Assembly (NCBI RefSeq): GCF_009914755.1
Contig: NC_060926.1
Origin: the human T2T-CHM13v2.0 reference genome, Homo sapiens
Length of the DNA stretch: 64,000 nucleotides
Reading direction: 5' to 3' (one strand)
Part shown: piece after piece, positions 1 through 15,489 of the stretch
Numbering within the stretch: the stretch's first letter is position 1
Layout: every line of letters starts with the position of its first letter
Program-made: the position numbers and the translations under genes
Notes under the pieces: model-generated
Told to the model about the DNA's origin: nothing
Database searches by the model: none
Seen by the model: only the letters and a program-made list of their open reading frames with translations

Positions 1-154
1 CCTGGCTAATTTTTGTATTTTTAGTAGAGACTTGGGGTAGGGGGGGATTTCACCATGTTGGCCAGGTTGGTCTCAAACTCCTGACCTCAGGTGATCCTCC
101 TGCCTCGACCTCCAAAATTGCTGGGATTACAGGCATAAGCCACTGTGCCCGGCC
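1..154 (-). mobile_element. Alu (AluS-type), left arm, cut by the window edge
   Basis: ctaatttttgtatttttagtagag...ctcctgacctcaggtgatc...gctgggattacaggc...cccggcc. Confidence 0.95.
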
Positions 155-389
155 TCAGATCTGTTTTACTTTAGAGACTTATGAGCATGTCATGTGCCTG
201 GCCAAGAAGATCCAGGTATGAGGGTGGCTGGGCTGTAACACTCCCTCCATACCTGCTCCAGGATACCAGGCTCCAGCCCTGATGCAGCTGATCAGGCTGA
301 AGAGGAGAAAGAAAGGCAAGGACAAGCGTTGGCCCAGGACCTGCCATGTGGCAAGGGATCTGCTCCATGCTTTCTCTACATTACTTCTA

Positions 390-530
390 ATGATCACAGC
401 AATCTATGAGGTGATTATTGTTCTCACTCCTCTTTTATAGATGGGAAAATGGTTTCTTGGAGAAGTTAAGTAACTTATTTGGAGCCACATACCTGGCAAG
501 GGTATGTGAGTAGAGATGCAAACTTAGGCT
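390..530. mobile_element. MIR fragment
   Basis: ttttatagatgggaaaat...gaagttaagtaacttattt resembles the MIR core. Confidence 0.6.
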
Positions 531-625
531 GAGAAAATGATCTTTGAAGGAGGGAAACTGTTTCGTTCCCACCTGTAAGTTCTGTTTTTTGGCAGTGCTG
601 AATCTCATCAAATTAGATCCAGAGA

Positions 626-912
<287 letters not shown>

Positions 913-1184
913 CCCAGGAAGCATTTTCTGACCGCTGAGGCTGAAAGGAGCCTTGTCCTCCACTCTCCATCCTCATTTTTGCTTACTGTGTGTTTTCCTT
1001 CATAGCTCTTTGTCGTTTAGTGCTTGTTTCTTCCACTATTGTAGAAGGACCACATTGTCTTATTAACCCTTGGGTTCCCAGGACCTGTCCAAGGCTGGCA
1101 TGCAGGAGACATTTAGTAAAGAATGATAAATAATGATTGCTTATATCAATAAAGCCTCCTTATGTTGATAGAGGAACCCCTGAA

Positions 1185-1425
1185 ACAGTTTAGTGCAGAA
1201 GTCCAAAACACAAACTAGAGACAGACAGCCTGGGTTTGCATCTCAACTTTGCTACTTCCTAGCTCTGTGGCTTTCAGGAAGTTACTTAACCCCTCTGTGC
1301 CTCATTTTTCCCATCTGTCAAATGAAGATAACACTAGTAACTTTCCTCTTGATTGTTGTGAGAATTGAACAGGGTGTAAAGAACCTGGAAAGCACCTGGA
1401 ACAGTGCCAGCCCATAGTAAGTACG
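1185..1425. mobile_element. MIR
   Basis: gacagcctgggtttgcatctc...aagttacttaacccctctgtgcctcatttttcccatctgtcaaatg core. Confidence 0.8.
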
Positions 1426-1589
1426 CAGCGAGAATGAGCTATTTGTATTGTGTAAACATGGTGGACAGTGTCTGTTATGTTTCCAAAATGATTGTTGTTG
1501 GAGACTAAGAGAAAATGGATGCAGCTACAGTACTGAGGAGGCTGCAGTGTCTGACCAAATACAAAATAGTTTGGTACAGGAGCTGATCA

Positions 1590-1825
1590 AAGAACACGCA
1601 TTGAGACAGACCTGGAGTTTGACATCAGCTTTGACTTACTAACCTGGTGACCTTGGGCAAACCTCTCTCCTACGCTCAGCTGCATTAGCAAACACATGGA
1701 CCAACACCACTAGAAGTGAGTGAAAATAAGGCAAATAACCATAAAAATGGGAGTAATATCCCTGCATGGCAGATTTGGTATGTGGATGAGATGAGATTTG
1801 GTCTGTGAAACCTCCTGCACAGAGC
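1590..1825. mobile_element. MIR fragment(s)
   Basis: gacagacctggagtttg...tgaccttgggcaaacctctc...aaaatgggagtaata. Confidence 0.6.
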
Positions 1826-3479
1826 AAAAATGATTTCTGAACAAATGTACAAATGAAAGTGGATTTTGCTACATGAATGCAGAGAAGAGATAGGTGGTGC
1901 CCATTCAGCTTAGGACTTAAAAAGCCCATGCTGGGTAGGAGAGGTTATGTGAGGGATGAGGATTTCTTAGTGATTGGGTGAAATTCTGGCATTGAGAGTC
2001 ACATGTTGATAATTTTTCCAGGGACACAGAGAGGGTTCGTTTTGCTGTCCCACACGGCATGCCTGTGCGTGAACAGCTCTCTGCTAATGCACTGTCACGT
2101 GGATCTATCGCAACACCAAGCCTTCCACTTACCACTGACAATGCAGGAACAAAGACATCAAAACCACTGCTCTTAAAAAACTTCCTAATGACTACAACAT
2201 TTTGGCTTACTGAACATAACTGAATTAATTCATAGTTTTCCCAGAACAGGAACTGAATTCATCAATTTACGACTTTGTCAGCTTGTTTTGGAGATAGGTC
2301 AATCAGTTACATTCATTCTGGGAGAAAATAGCGGTGAGCCAATTTTTTATACCTCACCTGAGCAGCTAAACATTGGGTGGTCTTTGTCTGCAGTTGAACA
2401 GTTTAATCCGTTCCTTGTATACAAGAAACTGTGAGCTGAAACATTACATCAAACTGCTAGTCTGCACCCTGCACCATGAAATATCAGCTTTATTAGTTCC
2501 ATTCTTGACGACATTGTGCAATAATGAAAAGCATATTGTGCAACCACGTATGGGAGATTTCAATGCACACATTTCCAAATGGTCTTCTTGGTTTTCTAAG
2601 TGTAAACTACTTAGCGGCCATGGAGTTAACTGAAATATTATTCAGTCAAAACAACATTGCTATTATTCACTTAATACAAAGCCCACAAGAGATGCCTCTG
2701 GTATATAAAATATACTATGAGTAATTATGTAACTGCTAACCTTCTTTGAATCATTTCCATTGCCATTCAGGAAATGGAAGCATCAGCTACCCTAGATTTT
2801 AATTAACTTTGACCATAGCTCTTGGTAAGTGGGAGGAGAAAACATTATTTGGTAAACTATAAGGCAAAAGCATAAAAGTTAACAAAGTTTGTAGTTAGTT
2901 CTTAGATGCTCTCTCATTTGTAATGTGTGACTCCATTTGAGAGAGACCGTGGGGAAATTATGAATCAAATTTCAGGAGCAAATGTGATGCTTCTTGAGGT
3001 GATAAAGAATGTGGTCTTCTGAAGTTGTTTGGATTAGAAAATATTTCCTTTCCTTGTCAAGGTCATTCTGTTGTCACAATAAACAGGACAGGTTTCTTAA
3101 AAAATCTCAAGTGACTACAAAATTCGGCCTAATCGGAAATTTAACTCTGGTGCCATACTTAGTAAGCATTTTCTATGATCTCTCAGGCAAGCTGAATGCA
3201 GATATTTAATATGGGAGGAGATTGAGATTGGAGGAAATCTCAATTGTTTAACAACAACAACAAACCTTTTTAATCTCCTTTTTTATAAGATGTTGGGATA
3301 TCAAGTTAGAAGCAACTTTATAAGTCATTTAAACCAATCTAACATTGGATTTCCTCTAGAGCATTCCTAACTCGGTCATCTTCTAACCTTGACTTGAAAT
3401 TCAATGGTGGGGAGCCAGTACTCTTTATGCAACCTTATTCTTTCCTAGTTCAACTCTCTTTGACTGTTACTCTTTCTCT

Positions 3480-4050
3480 TTCCCTCCATCCCTGTCCCTC
3501 TGTCCCCGTCCCTACGACCCCATACCCCCCTCCCCCCACCGTCCGCTCCCCTCTCTCCCCCCACCGTCCGCTCCCCTCCTCCCCACTCCGGTGTCCTGCC
3601 CCGCCTCCAGCACCCTGCCCCCCTGTCCCCTCGCCCCCCCATCCCCTCACCTCCGCCCCCACCCTTCCCCTCCGCCCCCACCCTTCCCCTCCGCCCCCAC
3701 CCTTCCCCTCCGCCCCCTCCCTTCCCCTCCGCCCCCTCCGCCCCTGCCCTTCCCCTCCGCCCCCTCCGCCCCTGCCCTTCCCCTCCGCCCCCTCCGCCCC
3801 TGCCCTTCCCCTCCGCCCCCTCCGCCCCTGCCCTTCCCCTCCGCCCCCTCCGCCCCTGCCCTTCCCCTCCGCCCCCTCCGCCCCTGCCCTTCCCCTCCGC
3901 CCCCTCCGCCCCTGCCCTTCCCCTCCGCCCCCTGTGCCCCTGCCCTTCCCCTCCGCCCCCTGTGCCCCTACTCTTCCCCACCTCTTCCCTTCCTTCCCCT
4001 CCTCTTCCCTCCCCTCCACCCTGATTCTTTCCCTCCTCCTCTCCCACTCT
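3480..4050. repeat. C-rich minisatellite: three 19-bp units (3662-3718), seven perfect 28-bp units CCCTTCCCCTCCGCCCCCTCCGCCCCTG (3719-3914), two variant units (3915-3970), inside degenerate C-rich flanks
   Basis: Units read directly; the 28-aa period in the ORF track equals 3 x 28 bp. Confidence 0.95.
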
Positions 4051-4204
4051 CCCTGTGGGTCTCATGCCCATATCTGGTTCTCCCACATGATGGCTGTGTC
4101 TGATAACTTCTGTTTGCCTCTCCAGGGTTTCTTTTCATCCTTCTTCACTCCCCTCTGTCTTGGGAATCTGACGCATATGGAATTCTTTGTCCTTGGGGTC
4201 CTAT

Positions 4205-4592
4205 ATACTCTGAGTTTCAGCTAGACCTGGCCAAAGATGTGTCTTTGCAGGAGACTGAAAGGAGGGAGGAGAAGTATTCCAGTTGCATGTATTCCCTGGG
4301 GTCCCGTGGTGGGTTGCATTGTCTCTGATTGGCTTTGTCCCTGACTGTCACTGTTTCTTCAAGGACAGTTTCTCTCTCCATGACTTTCTTCTGGTTTTGA
4401 TGACAACTTCCTGTGTGTCCTGCTGTGGCTGGCCATGGTACAGCTTCTCTGCTGCTGGCTCCAGGTTACTGCCTCGTCCTTAGGCTCTCTCACACCTGTA
4501 GCATTGTAAATAGTCCCTTTGCTGACAAGCCTTCTTCTAATTAACCCAGTTTGATAAAGCCATATGTTTCCAGCTGGGATGCTGGCTGATAC
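4205..4592 (+). mobile_element. LTR33-like ERVL solo LTR
   Basis: 3' end taattaacccagtttga...tgtttccagctgggatgctggctgataca resembles the LTR33 terminus. Confidence 0.6.
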
Positions 4593-4609
4593 AATAGCCC
4601 TTTAGATAA

Positions 4610-4800
4610 TTCTGCAACAGCACTCAACTCTCCTTCTCAACGCAAATGATCCAAGACCCTGCACTTTTCCTTAAGGTACCTACCTGGCTTTAAATACTCT
4701 CTCCATCCTCTGAAATGTTTCAGGCAGACAGTTTTCCTCGTGAAGTATGGTATCCAGAACTGAAAGCAGTGGTCCTGAGGTGTGACAAAGTTAGACAAAG
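4610..4800. mobile_element. L3/CR1 fragment
   Basis: gaagtatggtatccagaactgaaagcagtggtcctgaggtgtgac resembles CR1/L3 aagtgtggtgcccagaactgaacacagtactcc. Confidence 0.5.
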
Positions 4801-5616
4801 CCAGACTCTAGGTAAAGTGGTAGGGGCAGATTTTCATCAGTAATGGACCATTGCGACAGGGGGAAGAGTCCAGCATGAAGTGAACTCACCTATGATTTGT
4901 ACAGAGGTGACGGGGCATGACGAAACGGGAGGGAGGTGACAGTGGTGTGGAGGTGGTGAGTAGGGCTCGGGAGAGTCAGAAGTGAAAATTACAAAAGGTA
5001 GGCAGGGTGGTGAGCCCATGTGAAACCCATCGGGGTCTAGGCTTCTGTTCTCGCCGGGGCTGGGAGGCAGGGACCTATCTTTAGGTGTTAACTAGAACAC
5101 ACTGAATTATTTTGGTAGCCTTGAGTTTCCTCAGCCTTGATCATTTTAACGGGGCTAGAGTCATCCTAGGGACATGGCCTTCAGTTGTGAGAAACTAAGT
5201 TTGTGTTTAAGTCTTTAGAGGTCAAGCGTAAGGCCTTGTTGAGAAAGGGCTCAGTGAAGCCTGGCTGGAGTTCGGTCAAGGAGAGAACCTTCCCCACTGG
5301 TTGTGGCAGAATACAACAGGCGTGTCCTTGATTGCCTCTGGATTGCTTGCCTTCGGAGACTGTTCAGCCAGGAACATGCTGAGGGCACCTGCACAGAGCT
5401 CCTCAGGACACCCCCTGGCACGGTGGCAGCATGCTGAGCTTGCGGTCACAGCTGTATGATGGGAGGCTCACTGCCATCAGACCACAATTCCCAACTCTGA
5501 GGCCAACTCTGAGTCTGTGAAGGTGGTGAACCTGCCGACCCCTGCTTCCCAGCATGGGGCTGAGTTAAATGAGCCTGTGTGGGCAGAACTTCTCTAAACC
5601 ATTCAGGACTATGTAG

Positions 5617-5765
5617 GTATTATTATTACTATTATTATTAGGTGTTGCTTCTGCTCCTCCTCTTCCTCTTTTGATGTCTTCTTTTATTCTTCCTTTTCTC
5701 CTTTTATTCTCCCTTTCTGCCTCTTTCCCTCTCCCTGCCTCTCTGTTTTCCCTTCCCCTCCCCTT
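5617..5765. repeat. (TAT)n followed by a polypyrimidine low-complexity tract
   Basis: tattattattactattattatta then about 110 bp of almost only C/T. Confidence 0.8.
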
Positions 5766-7174
5766 TGGCAGCAGCAGAAGTGGTGGGAATCTTTTCTTTG
5801 ACGAGAAGGTATCCAGACATCCTCTCTGGACCCATGACCTGTTGGCATCCTCGCCGCTCCTTGAGGCCAGCTCCTGCTCGCTGATTTCCCAGCCCCTTCC
5901 CAGACCTGCTGGACGGGAACCCCTCTCCTTATCCTTGCAGGAACATTTGTTTTTCTCCTGGAGCATTTGCTACCCTTAACTTAATCTTAGAAAACTGGAG
6001 ATAGAAGGCATCTTAGTTAAAATCTGGGTCTACTTAAAATTTTTTCTTAAAATAAATAAGTTGAATCTCAGGGGAAGTGACTTGTCCAAATTTGTAGAGG
6101 ACTCAGGCCTCCCAGCCTCACATTGCTGGTGGGATGTCCTTGTGCCTCTGGGGACTGCCTGCCCTGCCCTGTCCTGGGGTGGACTGCCTGTCCTTTCCCG
6201 ATTCAGTGCACACTCTTAAGAGGGCAGAGTCTGTCTCTCACTCTTCTCGGTTCTTCCCTATAGGGACACTTACCCACAACCTGGCGCAGGACAGCTCATG
6301 ACATAAATGACTGTTGAGTTGAGCCTGGAGAGGAGAAACAAAACCTAGGATTGTCTGCAGTCGAATGCTAGCTAAAGGCTTATCTTCTGGCTTCTTTCTC
6401 CCCCCGAGATGATACACTGAGATCCTGTTCTTATCCAGGGCCAAGGTGGGATGCTCACTTTCCCCATTAATATTAACTGAACATTTTTGAGTATATAACT
6501 GGGGAGTTTTGCTGCATAGAGGTTTTGGAACACTGTCTTAAATTAAAAAGCTTGGGAGTACATGAAGGTGGAAATTTCAGTTGCTAGTAAGTGACTTCCT
6601 TGGCTTATTGCAGAGAGAAAAGTTAGCTGACAAGAGTGAATCTTCAAAGAATTAATTTACAAAACTACATGTTTAACATTGCAGCCTCAGCTGAAAGAGT
6701 CAGAGAGGAGAGAAAGTGCTGAGTGTGGGGAAAGTTACTGATGGCCTTGGTATCTTGCGAGCAAGGCAAGCCAAGTCAGCGTCCCCGGAGTGGGGCATAT
6801 GGCCCTGAGGGAATGAATCTTTCAAATGAGCTACACTCTGCAAGGTAGCATCTTGCCTTTTCTCTGGGTAGGGCTTCTGGATCACAGGACCAGTGTCCTG
6901 GAGCCACCTTCCAGAGCCACAGCAAGTCAAGAAACCAGGCAGATTCTCATCATGCCATCAAGTTCTTCGTGTTCCTCAAGGAGGGAAGGCACTGCTGAAG
7001 TAGCATTTGTGATAGCTTCATGCAGAAGAGCACATTTGATTTTAAGCCATGGGAGCAGAAACTGATCCAAGACCTGGTCCTCTACTTCTTAATGTGGAAT
7101 ATTCTGTGCTCAGGTGCACCATCATCATGGCAGCATGCAGGGAGAATCAGGGAGAGAATGGGGTATTCTGAAGA

Positions 7175-7350
7175 TGGCTGCAGCTTTGGAGTCAGACAGA
7201 CTTGTTTTGGGCTGGAGCTTTGCCACTTACTTTCTAGATGACCTTCTATAAATACTTTGCATTGCCAAGGCTCAGTTTCCTCACCTGCGAAATGAGAGCC
7301 ATTGCATTTAATGGCAGCCAGTATCTCTGCTCATAGGCGTGCTAGTGCCC
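7175..7350. mobile_element. MIR
   Basis: gctttggagtcagacagacttg...ctcagtttcctcacctgcgaaatgag. Confidence 0.75.
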
Positions 7351-7633
7351 AGCGTGGTGGTGATGGCGGTCGTCATGGTGGTGGAGGCTTGACCATCAGT
7401 GGGCCTTTTTCCATTCAGCATTTTGAGGTCAGGCTTCTTCATGGTGATTGGGAAGTAGCACCCAAGCACAACAGACAGAATCATGAGATTTCCTGGCTGG
7501 AAGGGATCACAAAGAGCCTCCTGTCCAGCCTTCTACATGGGAGGCTTAAATAAGTTTAAACTAGTATTTTATCCTCCACTTCAGTGTCTTCCTGATGGGG
7601 CATTCACTAACTCAGTACTCCTGATGTTGATCA

Positions 7634-10348
<2,715 letters not shown>

Positions 10349-10411
10349 TATGATGTTAGCTGGTTATTTTGCTCGTTAGTTGATGCAGTTTCTTCCTAGC
10401 CTTGATGGTCT

Positions 10412-11429
10412 TTACAATTTGGCAAGTTTTTGCAGTGGCTGGTGCCGGTTGTTCCTTTCCATGTTTAGTGCTTCCTTCAGGAGCTCTTTTAGGGCAGCTC
10501 TGGTGGTGACAAAATCTCTCAGCATTTGCTTGTCTGTAAAGTATTTTATTTCTCCTTCACTTATGAAGCTTAGTTTGGCTGGATATGAAATTCTGGGTTG
10601 AAAACTGTTTTCTTTAAGAATGTTGAATATTGACCCCCACTCTCTTCTGGCTTGTAGAGTTTCTGCAGAGAGATCAGCTGTTAGTCTGATGGGCTTCCCT
10701 TTGTGGGTAACCCAACCTTTCTCTCTGGCTGTCCTTAACATTTTTTCCTTCATTTCAACTTTGATGAATCTGACAGTCATGTGGCTTGGAGTTGCTCTTC
10801 TCAAGGAGTATCTTTTTGGCGTTCTCTGTATTTCCTGAATTTGAATGTTGGCCTGCCTTGCTAGATTGGGGAAGTTCTCCTGGATAATATCCTGCAGAGT
10901 GTTTTCCAACTTGGTTCCATTCTCCCCATCACTTTCAGGTACACCATTTAGATGTAGATTTGGTCTTTTCACATAGTCCCATATTTCTTGGAGGCTTTGT
11001 TCATTTCTTTTTATTCTTTTTTCTCTAAACTTCTCTTCATGCTTCATTTCATTCATTTTGTCTTCCATCGCTGATACCCTTTCTTCCAGTTGATCGCATT
11101 GGTTACTGAGGCTTGTGCATTAGTCACGTAGTTCTCGTGCCATGGTTTTCAGCTCCATCAGGTCCTTTAAGGACTTCTCTGCATTGGTTATTCTAGTTAT
11201 CCATTCATCTATTTTTTTTTCAAAGTTTTTAACTTCTTTGCCATTGGTTCGAACTTCCTCCTTTAGCTCAGAGTAGTTTGATCTTCTGAAGCCTTCCTGT
11301 CTCAACTCGTCAAAGTCATTCTCCGTCCAGCTTTGTTCCATTGCTGGGGAGGAGCTGCGTTCCTTTGGAGGTGGAGAGGTGCTCTGATTTTTAGAGTTTC
11401 TGGTTTTTCTGCTCTGTTTTTTTCCCCAT
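10412..11429 (-). pseudogene. L1 ORF1 (RNA-binding chaperone), disrupted
   Basis: ATG at 11429; fragments ENDFDELR... (11120-11341) and ...RNEQSLQEIWDYVKRPNL...RISYPAKLSF (10412-11068). Confidence 0.93.
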
Positions 11430-12454
11430 CTTTGTGGTTTTATCTACCTTTAGTCTTTGATGATGGTGATGTACAGATGGGTTTTTGGTGTGTATGTCCT
11501 TTCTGTTTGTTAGTTTTCCTTCTAACAGTCAGGACCCTCAGCTGCAGGTCTGTTGGAGTTTACTGGAGGTCCACTCCAGACCCTGTTTGCCTGGGTATCA
11601 GCAGCAGTGGCTGCAGAACAGCGGATATTGGTGAACCGCAAATGCTGCTGCCTGATTGTTCCTCTGGAAGTTTTGTCTCAGAGGAGTACCCAACTGTGTG
11701 AGGTGTCAGTCCGCCCTTACTGGGGGGTGCCTCCCAGTTAGGCTACTTGGGGGTCAGGGACCCACTTGAGGAGGCAGTCTGCCCATTCTCAGATCTCAAG
11801 CTGTGTGCTGGGAGAACCACTACTCTCTTCAAAGCTGTCAGACAGGGACATTTAAGTCTGCAGAGGTTATTGCTGTCTTTTGTTTGTCTGCGCCCTTCCC
11901 CCAGAGGTGGAGCCTACAGAGGCAGGCAGGCCTCCTTGAGCTGTGGTGGGCTCCACCCAGTTCGAGCTTCCTGGCTTTGTTTACCTACTCAAGCCTGAGC
12001 AATGGCAGGCGCCCCTCCCTCAGCCTTGCTGCCGCCTTGCAGTTTGATCTCAGACTGCTGTGCTAGCAATGAGTGAGGCTCCGTGGGCATAGGACCCTCC
12101 GAGCCAGGTGTGGGGTATAATCTCCTGGTGTGTCGTTTGTTAAGCCTGTTGGAAAGGCGCAGTATTAGGGTGGGAGTGACCCAATTTTCCAGGTGCCATC
12201 TGTCACCCCTTTCTTTGACTAGGAAAGAGAATTCCCTGACCCCTTGCGCTTCCCGGGTGAGGCAATGCCTTGCCCTGCTTCGGCTCATGCACAGTGTGCT
12301 GTACCCACTGTCCTGCGCCCACTGTCTGGCACTCCCCAGTGAGATGAACCCAGTACCTCAATTGGAAATGCAGAAATCACCCATCTTCTGCGTCACTGAT
12401 GCTGGGAGCTGTAGACTGGAGCTGTTCCTATTTGGCCATCTTGGCTCCACCCCC
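11430..12454 (-). promoter_or_regulatory. L1 5'UTR: sense promoter with intact YY1 site (12434-12443), antisense promoter region, and the 129-bp ZNF93-target segment (about 11560-11690)
   Basis: CAAGATGGCC on minus strand; extra block gaggtccactccagaccctg...cagaggagtacc that L1HS lacks. Confidence 0.8.
12002..12215 (+). pseudogene. L1 ORF0, premature stop at codon 25
   Basis: ATG GCA GGC GCC CCT = MAGAPPSALLPPCSLISDCCASNE*; same frame continues as GIGPSEPGVGYNLLVCR (12083 ORF). Confidence 0.8.
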
Positions 12455-12455
12455 T

Positions 12456-12456
<1 letters not shown>

Positions 12457-12490
<34 letters not shown>

Positions 12491-12764
12491 CGGAGTCTCA
12501 CTCTGTCTCTATGCTGGAGTGCATTGCATGATCTCAGCTCACTGCAACCTCCAACTCCCTGGTTCAAGTGATTCTCCTGTCTCAGCCTCCTGAGCAGCTG
12601 GAATTACAGGCACACACCACTACACCCAGCTAATTTTTGTATTTTTAGTAGAGATGGGGTTTCACCATGTTGGCTGGGATGGTCTCCATCTTCTGATCTT
12701 GTGATCCACCCACCTCGGCCTCCCAAAGTGCTGGGATTACAGGTGTGAGCCACCGCACCTGGCC
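12457..12764 (-). mobile_element. AluSc-type; its ~30-nt A tail abuts the L1 5' end
   Basis: T30 then agacggagtctc...gatggtctccatcttctgatcttgtgatcc...cctggcc. Confidence 0.93.
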
Positions 12765-12959
12765 ATCTGTTGTATTTTTATTGTTAGGCACAGTTATGTT
12801 ATTCTAGTTAATGTTATGTCCTCTCTTCACCCATCTCCCTCATGTTCTGCCAACATCTGGTCTTACAAGTCTCTCCGTTCAAGTCTCTCTTTTTCCATCT
12901 CACAAATGCATAAAAATAGTCTATGAAGCAAGTGATAAAAGCTGAGAACATATCAAGAG

Positions 12960-13064
12960 TTTTCTTTAATTTACAGTCATTTGATTATAGTGAGGTTAAA
13001 AGTTTTTTATAAGTTAATTGGGCATTTGTATTTGCTTTATTTTTTCTTGCCCCCCCCCCCACAC

Positions 13065-13115
<51 letters not shown>

Positions 13116-14235
13116 GTAAATTTTTTATTTGTATCTTTTCCCATTGCTGTGGGTACCTACTTTTCTGGGTGATTTACATAGAGTTAAATTTTTGAGATTT
13201 TGGCTTCATGCTTTTTGTCTTTGGTGAAATACTTTGAAAGTCCTCTTATTTATCAATATTATATAAATATTTATAACTCTTATTTAAATAATTTTACATA
13301 TTAAAAAAATGATATCTTTAAAGATCATCTAGAGTTCAGGTTATAAAATGTAAGCCAGGGTTCTAGTGTGATATTTTTTTCCTAAATGGTTAGCTAGGAG
13401 TTTGATTGCCATTGGTGGAAACCTTTTCCCTCCCAAAATATCTTTTGAAGAATAAGCAAAATTATACTGCCCCCTTGATTTGGCTGCCTATCTTGGAAAC
13501 AGGCAAACACTCTTTCTGTTCTTATTAACTTAGTTTTAAAATTCATTTTAATTTCTTTTATTGCATGGCTTCTCTCCTTTCATTTCTACTGTTTTCTGCT
13601 CCCTTCCCCATAATGGCTCATTTAGTCTTATATGTTTTTTCCTATAGGAAATTTTAGAAGATTTTTTTTAAGTCTCCCATGATATTCCATTATATTTTGA
13701 TTGAAATTTCATTACCTTTATGGGGAAAAAACAGATTCCAAAAATAAGGTAAGAAAGAAAATAATACCAGAGTAGAAATTTGGAGTCATACAGAACCAAA
13801 TGGTAGAGGACAAAATCTGAGTGAAAGTTGGATGGAGAAAAAAATGATAGAAGAATAAAAGATCAGAGAAAAGATGACTTAAACATGGACTCGAAAATAA
13901 AGAAAAAATTAGAAACAATATTCAAAATAGTACAGAATAAAATTTTACTGAAACCAAAATAAGTTTTGAACCTTATTGAAAAAAATCTAATTAAATCTGG
14001 AAAATATCTTGATGTATTCTCATAAAAGGATTAAGTTCCAAGGATAGCAAAATAATCCTAAAATACTTAAAGAAAAAACAAGTACAGTGGAAAAAAAATC
14101 AAGAAGGCCTCATACTTCCTTCTACAACGTTGGATAAAGACAGTTAACAGAACAACATTTATAAAGTTTGGATGAAGGGTTGTTATATAAAAATTCTATA
14201 CCCAGCCAAACTATCATTTATATTTTTAATAAAGT
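12960..14235. mobile_element. Old L1M (L1ME-like) fragments
   Basis: AT-rich; aattctatacccagccaaactatcatt at about 14190 is the L1 ORF1 YPAKLSF motif. Confidence 0.55.
13050..13112. repeat. C11 run plus (TG)~20 microsatellite
   Basis: Read directly. Confidence 0.95.
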
Positions 14236-14749
14236 ATATTTTCATATTACAAAAGAAAAACATGTTTATTCTAGGAAATAAAACAAATAAAACCATGCTA
14301 TTAAAAATTTAAAACATCTAAACTCAAAATCCCTGGAATCCAGATTTTTAAAATTCTAATTTCTCCACTGTTGCCTTTTCCTTGCAGCTGCCTACAGTGA
14401 GGTTTAGGGATTTTATGTTCACTCTGCTCCTGCAACCTCAAAACAATTACTATAATCTGGCTCTGTGTTCATTCTACCCACCAGGAAGAAAAATTTGATT
14501 TTGGTTTTGGTTAAAGAGGAATTGAGAAACAAGTTAGGAATGAACACATAGCATGAAAATGAATAGAATTATGAGCCTGCAGATGTGAGATTCAAGTTCA
14601 TCCCTAAGCTTCAAATAAAAAACAGGCAAAGCTAAATGTTTTACAAATGAAACAAATCCTTAGTCGTTTATATTCTAGTAAGTCACAATTGTCAAGGGCT
14701 TCATTTGAATTAAGAGTCATTGCTTTGGGCAGAATTGGGCAGGCACCAA

Positions 14750-14915
14750 TTTGTATATTTGATTCTTCAGTTAATTTTTGTGACCTTGGCTTCTTAGATC
14801 ACAGAGCTTACTTTTTTTTTTAAAGCAAATGTGGAGTGCTGATAATTATGTCTGTCTTAAGTAGTTGTTTCGAAGGTTAAATGAAATGATGTGTAGAAAA
14901 TGCTTAGCACAGCAA
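14750..14915. mobile_element. MIR
   Basis: tgtgaccttggc...ttaaatgaaatgatgtgtagaaaatgcttagcacag. Confidence 0.65.
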
Positions 14916-15489
14916 AACACCAAATATTAACTCATGAATAAATGGTGGTTGTTTGTTAAAAGGATAATTTAGTAAACACACAATAATGCTAGCATTATTT
15001 CAATGCTGTATAAAATCAATGGATGCTTCAAACCAAGAGCTCAAGAAATTAAGCATTCCTTCAACATCTTGGCCAAGCAATTAATTCTCATATTCATAAG
15101 CTTTGGTGATACATTATCAAGTAATGTCGGCCTCTTGTGAATTCTAACTTTTTAATTAATTCACCTCACAGGTACTGATTAGTACTAATTTATAGCTTAG
15201 TTTGCATATACTTGAAAGAGATGGAACTGTGTGTCTTCTGTATGCATATACACACTCACTCCTCAGATTTTGCTCTAGGGCCAGCCCCTGATCCCCCTTC
15301 CAGGCTGTCTTGCTCCTCATGCATAAGATTTTCCTGCAGTTTTTAGTGATTGTGACCAAACAGGCAATTTGTATAGTCATCTGTCCCAGTGCGGGCCTTT
15401 GGAAATGTCTTGACTCTCTCCTCTTTCTCCTGTATTAGCTCCATTTTCTGCCTCTGGTTGTCTTCATGGGATTGTAGCCAAATGCTATC

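Noticed and set aside
3394-4224. Long Pro-rich and Gly/Arg-rich ORFs on both strands (170-276 aa)
   Set aside because: The C-rich minisatellite has no stop codons in any frame; no domain or splice context.
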